From a virus: DNA of 64,000 nt. Within the stretch, counting starts at the first letter, position 1. Every line of letters begins with the position of its first letter. This document shows positions 47,247-55,463 of the stretch, one piece after another. Under the pieces are notes generated by a model. That model searched no databases and was not told where the DNA came from. It saw only the letters and a list, made by a program, of their open reading frames with translations. The stretch lies in UHGV virus genome UHGV-1353844; one strand, 5' to 3'. The translations under genes and the position numbers were made by a program.

Positions 47247-47288
47247 TTAATGCTCCTTTAGGTAAATAGTGGGGTAATTAAGCCTTCG

Positions 47289-48131
47289 TTATTTAAGATT
47301 CCGAACTTCTCTCATCTCGTTACAAAATCTATCAAACAGCTGGGCGTATTCGCCAACGTGAGCTTCTAGCTGTCCAAAAAAGTGGCGTGAAAGTCGTTCG
47401 CTGATTTCTTTTTCGTATTTCTTGAGAACGTGTTTAAAATATTCACCATCTCTCTTAATTTTCTGCGCAAGGGGTTCCAGAACTTTAAGAACCCATGGTT
47501 TGTTTGGGATCAAGAGATTCAGGTTACCTTCAAGATATTTGCTTTGATAAATTATAAATAGATGGTGTTCGTGTTCATCTTTCACTGCGCGAATAAACTC
47601 GGCAGCATCGGCCTCGCTAATATCCTCAACTGTAAATAGCAGAATATTTTCTTTCTCTATGTCATTCAATAGGTTATTTAAAAAAGCGCGATAAGTAGCA
47701 CCTTCATAGTTCACTTTAAGCACGTTGTTTTCAACCAGATAAGTGAATTTGTCGTTGTAAAAAAGGTATAATATCGAACCGATTTTACCTGCCTGTTTGG
47801 GGGTAAGTGGAATCTCGTCTGTGAAGTAAGCGACGTCTTTCGCAGTTGGCTTGTCTTTTAGCCTACAAGTCATTTGATCCGGAATTTCTGGATCTTTAGG
47901 CGTCTCAACAGCCCGTACTAAAATATCCATAACCGCACTAATGAGCTTGTTAGGGAAATCGACCTCGCCTTCTACCCAGAAAATGTTAAACGCTTCTGAT
48001 TTAACTTTATAGTAAAACGTGTACGTGTTTTGTAGCTCAGTGATTTCTTTAATTTGATCCTCAGTAGGGATAGGGGAAATTTTAAACTTGTTGATAACCT
48101 TTTCTTCTTCGGTGAGTTCGAACTGAAACAT
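47289..48131 (-). CDS. hypothetical protein (shares a domain with 42164..43330)
   Basis: 280 aa; segment …ILLFTVEDISEADAAEFIRAVKDEHEHHLFIIY… resembles repeated module of the 388-aa protein. Confidence 0.45.
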   Translation of the reverse strand: MFQFELTEEEKVINKFKISPIPTEDQIKEITELQNTYTFYYKVKSEAFNIFWVEGEVDFPNKLISAVMDILVRAVETPKDPEIPDQMTCRLKDKPTAKDVAYFTDEIPLTPKQAGKIGSILYLFYNDKFTYLVENNVLKVNYEGATYRAFLNNLLNDIEKENILLFTVEDISEADAAEFIRAVKDEHEHHLFIIYQSKYLEGNLNLLIPNKPWVLKVLEPLAQKIKRDGEYFKHVLKKYEKEISERLSRHFFGQLEAHVGEYAQLFDRFCNEMREVRNLK

Positions 48132-48142
48132 GCTACTCCTCC

Positions 48143-48586
48143 TTAAATCATTGCTGGGAATTCGAAATCAATCTTATTTACGATCCCGTAATCTTCTTTT
48201 AGTTGAATGTTTAATGTTCCCTGAAATAACTCAAGAGAACCGATGAAGAACGCTGTGTAACAGTTTCCACGAACAGAAAAGGCAAGATCCAATCCCCTTA
48301 AACAGCGTTTTAAGGTATCGTGTTCTTCTTTACTACCGAACAACTGGAAATTGATAACGGTAATCCGTTTGTTAATGATTGCCATTAACCAATCTTTAAT
48401 TCTTCTCGTGGTTATACTCTCTTTAAAATCGTTAGCTTCTGGTAGCCAGGTAACGTGAACAAACGGTGCAGCATAGTCCACGCAAACCTTTTGCTGCCAA
48501 CGTACTTGCATCAAACCACGAATACGATTTGCTAACGTTTCAGAATCACAAAGTAACATAATGCCGTTAGTAGTATTTGGTTTCAT
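48143..48586 (-). CDS. hypothetical protein
   Basis: 147 aa; first gene downstream of terminator + conserved motif. Confidence 0.45.
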   Translation of the reverse strand: MKPNTTNGIMLLCDSETLANRIRGLMQVRWQQKVCVDYAAPFVHVTWLPEANDFKESITTRRIKDWLMAIINKRITVINFQLFGSKEEHDTLKRCLRGLDLAFSVRGNCYTAFFIGSLELFQGTLNIQLKEDYGIVNKIDFEFPAMI

Positions 48587-48711
48587 AATTGTCCCTCTTT
48601 CTTAACGTAGTCTTCAACTAATTTATCAAACACGATTTTTTATCTTCACCCAATTCACCAGAACAGATAATACGGGTGATAGAACTAATCCTCCTTTCGG
48701 CTATAACTAAT

Positions 48712-48757
48712 AGAGCGAATGTAAATTTCGCTCTCCCCTAGGTAATATATATCTGAG
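48712..48757. promoter_or_regulatory. conserved AT-rich motif (CTAGGTAATATATATCTGAG) with adjacent hairpin; promoter-like
   Basis: Immediately follows (minus orientation) the terminator at 48758..48801. Confidence 0.45.
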
Positions 48758-48801
48758 AAAAAATAAAAAAGAAAGGTAGTAGGGGCTTAGCCCCTACTAC
48801 C
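48758..48801 (-). terminator. rho-independent terminator (minus strand)
   Basis: GGTAGTAGGGGC-TTA-GCCCCTACTACC followed on minus strand by TTTCTTTTTTATTTTTT. Confidence 0.65.
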
Positions 48802-48960
48802 TAATATTTATTTCATTCCGTTCTGAGAAAGCGTTGTCCCTGTAAGATGCGTAATAACGATCTTAACAGGCAATAGACGCTAACACCACCACACCAGTGA
48901 TGTCTTCTGAAAGTGTCGGTAGCTCGCGAATGCGTACCTTTCCTACCAGTTCAGCCACTA

Positions 48961-49473
48961 TTAACCACCAAAGGTTAAGACGCGATTATCTGCGGTAACG
49001 ATTAAATCGTTGTCTTTTACTACAGCGGCTTCTTCGTCGTTACCGAAAACCAGAACGGAGAATTGGCCTTTATAACCTAACGAGTTGGGTGAAACCTGTA
49101 ACGTTACAGCGTCTTTCCCTACGGTAAATGATTCGTCGGTAAGATCGTCGGGTTGTAAATTACAACCGCAAGCCGCGTTAATTCCGTCGATTAGATCGTG
49201 TGCGGTAAAACCATTACCGGAAACCTTTACCAGAATAGGTTGCTGGTTTAACCACCGCTCTGCGGTTAAACGGTTGTAATAGATTTGTAACGTTCTGTTA
49301 CCAGGACGTTTTATCTTTACAACAGCAGTGGTGTCACGATCCATTTCGTTACTGGTCTTTACGTCGCTGACTTCAACCTCGTTCTCTTGCAGGTCGAGCT
49401 GGAGGTCATGGTTAACCAGTGAAATAACCATGTTAAGTGAAGTTAACGACAAATCAGGCGTGAATTGTTCCAC
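48961..49473 (-). CDS. hypothetical protein, paralog of 58897..59460
   Basis: 170 aa; N-terminus PDLSLTSLNMVISLVNHD… and internal …CG(C/T)NLQP(D/E)DL… shared with the 187-aa protein. Confidence 0.45.
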   Translation of the reverse strand: MEQFTPDLSLTSLNMVISLVNHDLQLDLQENEVEVSDVKTSNEMDRDTTAVVKIKRPGNRTLQIYYNRLTAERWLNQQPILVKVSGNGFTAHDLIDGINAACGCNLQPDDLTDESFTVGKDAVTLQVSPNSLGYKGQFSVLVFGNDEEAAVVKDNDLIVTADNRVLTFGG

Positions 49474-49525
49474 GTATGGTTACCTCCTATGATTGGGGAG
49501 ACATAAAATGTTGGCTAAAAACATT

Positions 49526-49542
49526 TCACCCCCCCCCCGATT
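49526..49542. repeat. homopolymeric C10 tract (G10 on coding strand); shared flank TCA-Cn-GATT
   Basis: TTTCACCCCCCCCCCGATTA in the leader of gene 48961..49473. Confidence 0.5.
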
Positions 49543-49572
49543 ACGTTTTCAAGCACATTCGCTTGAAAATTA

Positions 49573-50076
49573 TTAACTAATCTTCAAATCTCTTAATGTG
49601 CCGGTTGATTTCATCACGTTTTGGAAAGCAGTGCTAATGTTAGAGGTCCAGTAATAATGTTGACCATTAATAACCTGCTGATAGGCTACCGTACAAGTGT
49701 TGCCGCCTAGATTTACGGTGATGTTAGAAGCTCTCCCACCTTGTAAATAGACCGCTAAACTTGGTTTTGCATCAGCAGCCAATGTGATCAATAGTAGTTG
49801 GATACCAATAAGTGTGCCTACGCCGCAGCTACCAGGATTCTGAATAGTCCCTTTATTTTTCTGCGCTAACGGCCAGTTTGGTCCCACCGCACCCCAAAAT
49901 TTAGCCATTGAATCGCTATATGCAGCAGTTGCGATTTTACAGCCAAGAGATCGGCCCACCATTTGACTCATCATAAAAGGTCTACCCAATCCTAATTTAC
50001 TACCAGCAGCACTCATCCATTGTTCGCCCGTTTCGTTCTTGGCCGAAGAACCGACCCATCCAGATGCTACCCCCAT
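49573..50076 (-). CDS. gp38-like adhesin paralog (shared N-terminal fibre-binding module, distinct C-terminus)
   Basis: N-terminus MGVASGWVGSSAKNETGEQWMSAAG… matches N-terminus of adjacent glycine-rich adhesin; no glycine-rich region. Confidence 0.45.
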   Translation of the reverse strand: MGVASGWVGSSAKNETGEQWMSAAGSKLGLGRPFMMSQMVGRSLGCKIATAAYSDSMAKFWGAVGPNWPLAQKNKGTIQNPGSCGVGTLIGIQLLLITLAADAKPSLAVYLQGGRASNITVNLGGNTCTVAYQQVINGQHYYWTSNISTAFQNVMKSTGTLRDLKIS

Positions 50077-50136
50077 TATACCCTATCCTTTTGAAAGGTG
50101 TGAGGAGGGGAGTGAGTATCCCCATACTTTTTCAAA

Positions 50137-50919
50137 TTAAACACGTGAACCATATATTGCACCTACTGCGTCCCATCTTGGCGCATTACCTCTAACGGCT
50201 GCACCAGCGGCTCCGCCGTTATATTCTGTACCGTTACCATGAGTATTACATCTTCCTCCAGCAGCACCGACATTACCACCCGAACCGCCTGTATATGCAC
50301 TAAGAGACCCCTCACCAACAGATCCTCTACCAGGAGCGGAAATAGTACCAGCAGCTGCACCGGAACTCATATGTGAGGAAGACCCACCAGCACCGAATGG
50401 GCGACCACCGCCACCACCAAATATTAGTCTACCCCTGTTACCGCCGCCACCGCCGCCACCGCCTCCGGCAATAGCGCCACGGTTGGTTATACGCAGTCTG
50501 TTTCCTATTCCGTTCTGTATTGCGGTTCCACCTGCACCGCCTGGTGAGTTAGAACCGCCGTTGCCTCCTCTGCCGTATACTGTAACCCCAGGATTGATGA
50601 TGAGTGTAATATACGAATTTGGAAGATTGCTAGGGAATTCTAAACAAGGAACCCCGCTACTATAAGACACTAAATCCCCTGTAATGGTCACAACGACAGC
50701 ATTAGAGCCTATAGAACGTAAATAGTTAATAAGCGTATCTTTATTGTAATTGTGATTAGCCCCGATCGAATACTGAACCTCTTTTGATTTTCCCGCCAAT
50801 TGCGACATCCAGCCTGGAACCGGCACACCAAGTGTGCGCATCGCGCCAGACATCCAATCGTTACCAGTTTCAGCTTTTGCTGAAGAACCAATCCAACCAC
50901 CTACGCCGACAACTGCCAT
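50137..50919 (-). CDS. gp38-like tail-fibre adhesin (T2-type, glycine-rich motifs)
   Basis: N-terminus MAVVGVGGWIGSSAKAETGNDWMS… and poly-Gly tracts (GGGGGGGGGN, GGGGGRPFGAGGSS) typical of T2/T6-type gp38; immediately downstream of the long tail fibre gene (TAATG overlap). Confidence 0.55.
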   Translation of the reverse strand: MAVVGVGGWIGSSAKAETGNDWMSGAMRTLGVPVPGWMSQLAGKSKEVQYSIGANHNYNKDTLINYLRSIGSNAVVVTITGDLVSYSSGVPCLEFPSNLPNSYITLIINPGVTVYGRGGNGGSNSPGGAGGTAIQNGIGNRLRITNRGAIAGGGGGGGGGNRGRLIFGGGGGRPFGAGGSSSHMSSGAAAGTISAPGRGSVGEGSLSAYTGGSGGNVGAAGGRCNTHGNGTEYNGGAAGAAVRGNAPRWDAVGAIYGSRV

Positions 50920-53900
50920 TAGGATCTTCCTTTAATTTCGTTAACCTCTTGACGCAACGCTTTCATACCCTCTACTAACAGCGCAATAACGCCATTGTAG
51001 TTTAGACGTAAACGTTTTTCGCCTGAAATGGCATCATCATCCTCAGACACAAGTTCAGGTAACGCTTCTAATGCGTCTTGAGCAATTAGACCTACCGAAG
51101 TGTTCCAACCGTCGTCTGGATGTTGAACCTCGTACAGATAGCCGGTAAGCGCTTCTAACCGATCCAAAGCCTTATCCAGCTTCACCAGATTACGTTTGTT
51201 GCGACGGTCAGAACGAATCTGTACGTCGTTAAACGAACCGTTACCGTTGCTAGAAATGTTATGACCAAAGGTTACTTGACCGTTAGAGTTATTAAAATAC
51301 AACGGACGTAGTCCGTTCCAGGAACCCGTTGCGGCTTGTCCGGAGTCGGTTACTAAGAAATAGGTATTGGCACCATCATTACGTAAAATGAAACCGCAGC
51401 TACCGTAAGCGATTCGGAAATCAGCATACTTCGTAACCAGTTTACCGTTAACCGTTAAATCGCCAGTGACAGTACCGCCGCTGTTCTTCAAAAACAGCGC
51501 ATCAATCCAGCCTGCAAATCCTGACTTATTGATGTATAAATTTCCATCATTTGCCAGAATGCCGCCACCCGGCGTCTTGAGAGGCTGACTCACATTTTGC
51601 AGCGTCAGCACACCATTCAATTGACCGCCAGATAATGGCAACGCCCCAACATCCGCAGCAGTTGGCTTGTTTTTCGTATTGTAAGCGCGACGCCAACCTG
51701 GTGAGTAAGCATCACCGTTATTTACGTAGATAAACTCCGCATTAGTGAGTGCGCCGCCGACGCTCGTCGTTGTGGGGGTCGTTATACGGATCGTGTAGTT
51801 GTTTGCGCTGTTACTAATCACTTCTATAACAGCCCCAGCTAACGGAATAACACCACAACCCGTCTCGCTGTTCGGTATGGACGCACTAGCAGCATAAGCC
51901 CATGCACAGCGAGCAACCCATGATTTTGTGGTAAACGCGCCGTTATTTTGCAATAACGTCACTAGCTGTGCTGTAGTTATTGCGCCGCCGTCTTTACCAG
52001 TCTCCAACCAACCAGTGGGCGAAGCCGGACAACCTATATCGGCAGGCCCTAACGATATATTTCTAGTACCGTCAAATGCGATACCGTTAATGGTACGCGC
52101 TGTCTGCAACTTTGTTGCCGTGGCTGCGTTTCCGGTAGTCGACTGATTACCCGTCTGGTTTACACCGGGCAGACTAATGTCTTGCGAACCGTCAAAGTTA
52201 ACACCGCCGATCTTACGTGCTGTTTGTAACTTAGTAGCGGTCGCTGCATTACCTGTCGTATTCTGGTTGCCTTGCTGGTTAACCCCCGGTAAATTGATAT
52301 CCCCAGTACCGTCAAAGGTAACGCCGCCGATTCTGCGAGCGGTTTTCAGTTTCGTCGCGGTAGCGGCATTGCCAGTAGTATCCTGATTACCGGTGGTATT
52401 TACACCAGGAATACTGTCACGGGCAGTATAAACTTGTGCCCAATCTGACCACGGCGCATCAGCCGTATCGCGTCGACTACGAATATAAACGGGTGCGTGT
52501 GCACCACTCGTGCCCGACCAACCAATTAACAACTCACCTTCGCCTAGCGCATTAGCACCACCTAAGTGCAGCAAGTTACCATAGGCGGTTGGATAACCGT
52601 TATTGTAAACTTCGTACATCTGGATACCAGGTGTACCCTTGTTCGACCCGGTCAGAGCGGTAACCCGTCCACGACCTACCAAGGTGTTGATATTGATGTC
52701 TCCAGAGCCATCGAATTTCACACCGTTAATATTTCTGGCGGTTTGAAGTTTAGTGGCTGTCGCGGCGTTACCTGTGGTGTTTTGATTACCTTGTTGGTTA
52801 ACACCTGGGAGGTTAACGTCGCCGCTGCCGTCGAAAGCGACCCCGCCAATTCTACGCGCAGTCTGGAGCTTAGTGGCGGTTGAAGCATTGCCGGTTAACT
52901 CACCTGCTAACCCTTTTGCAAAGGTCTGTTTCTCTGCCCAAGTGTGGGCTGCGTTCAACACAGGCATCTGTCGTGGCGTAATCGTACGGCTACCCTTCTC
53001 GCCAGCGATACGTACTGCAAAGAAGCGATAGTTAGCAGTAGACACTGTACCGCGCCAGACCAACATACTCCGACCAGTACCGGTGTCCTCTGACGCCCCT
53101 ACGAGAATACTGACCAAGTTACCGTCAATAACACCCCAATCCATTCCCGCAGGAATGTTTTTCATGGTATTCAACGGTGTACTTATCATCTGGCCAGGAA
53201 CGAAATCGAAGGTTTGCCAGTCTAACGGATCGACCTTGGCAGCAACCCCACCGATCCCTAAAGCCAACGGGAGTGAATAGGATGTGAAAATCTCTCGCCA
53301 TTCGCTCCAGGCGTTTCCTGTACGAATTCGTTGGAACTTGCGACCTTTCGTAGTTGCGCCTGTACCGTATGTGGTATAATTTTGTTCAACGCCTGAACCG
53401 TCTAAGCGTAAGGTAACTTCGCAAACACCTAACAAGGTTGCGCCAGCAGAGTCTGTTAACGGACCGTCAGTAGCCTCACCGGTAACACTAAAACGACCAG
53501 GTTTAGTTAAGTCATTAAAGCTACCCTTATAGTAGGCACCGTCTACCTGATACCCAACTTGAATCCAATCTTCCCACTGTGGATTAGACGCATCCCAAGT
53601 CGCAGTCAACCCACGGACATACATCGTACCACGACGAGTGGTGTAACGTTGCATACGTCCGTAGAGACCACCTTCCATTACTTCTAATACACCTTGAGCA
53701 TTACCACCTTCTTCGGGATAATGACGATCGAACGTCGCAAGAGAAGAACTGGAGTTACGCCACTGACCCATGTGTTCAACACCACCTAAAGTGTTAAGGT
53801 CAATAGTGGTGGAGAGCGGACGGTTCGCGGTAGTTGTCATTCTCCAGGGCGACCAAGGGCCGTTAGTACCGTTCCAGGTTCCTGTTAAACGACGAGTATA

Positions 53901-55385
53901 GACGTTACCGTTACGTATGGTAAAACGTTGGCTTCCGCTGTAGTTACCTGCTTTGAATACCTCTAAGTAACCAACTGCATCGTCTTCCGGGAAGTTCTTT
54001 GCAATTGTTGCATTCGTAGACGTGGCTTTAGACCAGACACCCATAAACGCTTCGACTGGGCCGAAGGTGTTGATATCCGCATCTACTGCCATTTCCCCAT
54101 TAAACTTCAAATACGTCTCTGCTGACAACCCGATGTTCTTCGCGAAGGTGACTTTATCTGGAATATCGGCACCGTTAGAACTGCGTTGCATAGCACCCGC
54201 AGCTTTATCAACAGTGGTTTTCAAACCCAGGAAGTTAATGATATCTGCCGTCGACCCTTTCGCTAACAAATCACGCGCAGTCGAGGTGAAATCCGCTAAC
54301 CCTACCTGATTACTACCGGTAAAGTAAGGGAGTTTGTTTGCAGCGGTGGTGACTGCGGCAATCGCTGTCAGTAACGGACTTAACGGCTGTTTACCCGCGA
54401 GTTGGTTCGTCATCGTTGTCGCAAAGTTAGGATCGTTTCCTAACGCAGCTGCAATTTCTGATAACGTATCTAACGTCTCGGGTGAAGAGTCCACTAATTC
54501 AGCAATCGCTTGCCGTACCCATGCGGTCGTTGAGACGCTCGTGTCGTTAGAATCCGAAGCAGGTGTTGGTGCTTTTACCACACCGGTAAAAGTTGGGTTG
54601 TGACGGTTTGCTTTTAACTGCAAATCTTCATTTAACTGCTTAACCGTTGACGGCGTAGCCGCTTCAGTAACAGAGTCACTGCTTAAGGTATTATTAAGTC
54701 TAACGATACCTTTACTGGTCGTTGTTGCATCAACGTTACCTTTTGCAGCGATTTCTTCTGCACGCTTAGCCGCTGCCTCAGAACGCGTTGCCGCATTCTC
54801 TGCGGTTTCTTTGTCTGTGGTAACTTGCGTTGCTGTAGCTTCTACAGCGGCTTTTGACGACTCTACCGACGCGACAGCTTCGTTAACTGCCGTAAGCGAC
54901 TGTTCGACTTGACCGGCTTGTGTGGCAACAGTTTCTGCTTTCTTCGTAACGGTAGTCACCGCTTGTGTGACGTTGGCCTCGCTTGCCGCTACCGCTTGCG
55001 CTTTCTCATTAACGGACACAACCTGGGTATCTACCGCCGTTTTCGCGGCTAACACTTCAGTGTGTTTTGTACCGACTTCAGTTGCTTTTTCGGTTACAGT
55101 TTGCGCTTGTTGAGCAACTGTAGCCGCAACGGTGTCAGTTTGTTGTTTTGCTGTTTCTGCTAAATTCTTTGCTTGTGTAGCCTGAGTTGCAGCTTCTTGT
55201 GATTGTGTTGCTGCTGTTTGTGCATCAGACACCGCATTACGTACGGTGTCAATATCTGCAACGATCTCACGGACAGGTAACTTATAATCTTTCTCATCCT
55301 TGGAAAAAAGTAAAACACCTTCACCTATATCCCCGGTGTATGGACGTAAATCGTGTAAACGAATTTTCTTTACCGCTTTAGCCAT
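50919..55385 (-). CDS. long tail fibre protein with C-terminal intramolecular chaperone (peptidase S74) domain
   Basis: 1488 aa: N-terminal anchor, Ala/Thr/Gln-rich coiled coil, six Phage_fiber_2-type repeats (TGNAATATKLQTAR-I-G--FDGS), C-terminal SDRRNKRNL…GLIAQDALEALPELV matching auto-cleaving chaperone domain. Confidence 0.75.
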   Translation of the reverse strand: MAKAVKKIRLHDLRPYTGDIGEGVLLFSKDEKDYKLPVREIVADIDTVRNAVSDAQTAATQSQEAATQATQAKNLAETAKQQTDTVAATVAQQAQTVTEKATEVGTKHTEVLAAKTAVDTQVVSVNEKAQAVAASEANVTQAVTTVTKKAETVATQAGQVEQSLTAVNEAVASVESSKAAVEATATQVTTDKETAENAATRSEAAAKRAEEIAAKGNVDATTTSKGIVRLNNTLSSDSVTEAATPSTVKQLNEDLQLKANRHNPTFTGVVKAPTPASDSNDTSVSTTAWVRQAIAELVDSSPETLDTLSEIAAALGNDPNFATTMTNQLAGKQPLSPLLTAIAAVTTAANKLPYFTGSNQVGLADFTSTARDLLAKGSTADIINFLGLKTTVDKAAGAMQRSSNGADIPDKVTFAKNIGLSAETYLKFNGEMAVDADINTFGPVEAFMGVWSKATSTNATIAKNFPEDDAVGYLEVFKAGNYSGSQRFTIRNGNVYTRRLTGTWNGTNGPWSPWRMTTTANRPLSTTIDLNTLGGVEHMGQWRNSSSSLATFDRHYPEEGGNAQGVLEVMEGGLYGRMQRYTTRRGTMYVRGLTATWDASNPQWEDWIQVGYQVDGAYYKGSFNDLTKPGRFSVTGEATDGPLTDSAGATLLGVCEVTLRLDGSGVEQNYTTYGTGATTKGRKFQRIRTGNAWSEWREIFTSYSLPLALGIGGVAAKVDPLDWQTFDFVPGQMISTPLNTMKNIPAGMDWGVIDGNLVSILVGASEDTGTGRSMLVWRGTVSTANYRFFAVRIAGEKGSRTITPRQMPVLNAAHTWAEKQTFAKGLAGELTGNASTATKLQTARRIGGVAFDGSGDVNLPGVNQQGNQNTTGNAATATKLQTARNINGVKFDGSGDININTLVGRGRVTALTGSNKGTPGIQMYEVYNNGYPTAYGNLLHLGGANALGEGELLIGWSGTSGAHAPVYIRSRRDTADAPWSDWAQVYTARDSIPGVNTTGNQDTTGNAATATKLKTARRIGGVTFDGTGDINLPGVNQQGNQNTTGNAATATKLQTARKIGGVNFDGSQDISLPGVNQTGNQSTTGNAATATKLQTARTINGIAFDGTRNISLGPADIGCPASPTGWLETGKDGGAITTAQLVTLLQNNGAFTTKSWVARCAWAYAASASIPNSETGCGVIPLAGAVIEVISNSANNYTIRITTPTTTSVGGALTNAEFIYVNNGDAYSPGWRRAYNTKNKPTAADVGALPLSGGQLNGVLTLQNVSQPLKTPGGGILANDGNLYINKSGFAGWIDALFLKNSGGTVTGDLTVNGKLVTKYADFRIAYGSCGFILRNDGANTYFLVTDSGQAATGSWNGLRPLYFNNSNGQVTFGHNISSNGNGSFNDVQIRSDRRNKRNLVKLDKALDRLEALTGYLYEVQHPDDGWNTSVGLIAQDALEALPELVSEDDDAISGEKRLRLNYNGVIALLVEGMKALRQEVNEIKGRS

Positions 55386-55417
55386 GATATTTAATTCTCT
55401 ATCGGGAGCTAAAAGAT

Positions 55418-55444
55418 CTGGGGGAGGTAAAGCACCTCCCCCAA
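55418..55444 (-). terminator. hairpin between 1001-aa gene and long tail fibre gene (possible partial terminator)
   Basis: TGGGGGAGGT-AAAGC-ACCTCCCCCA; weak T-run on minus strand. Confidence 0.35.
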
Positions 55445-55463
55445 CATTTTTATAAGCGGGTTA

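Noticed and set aside
50137-50919. Glycine-rich 260-aa protein as a collagen-like or PE-PGRS-like low-complexity artefact
   Set aside because: N-terminus and Gly-tract organisation fit gp38-type adhesins and the gene sits directly downstream of the long tail fibre gene.
51928-52883. Repeated DNA segments and plus-strand ORFs (51928..52146, 52177..52386, 52566..52883) that might suggest a repeat array or CRISPR
   Set aside because: The repeats are the coding sequence of the six Phage_fiber_2-type protein repeats of the long tail fibre on the minus strand; no spacer-repeat architecture; plus-strand ORFs are antisense artefacts.
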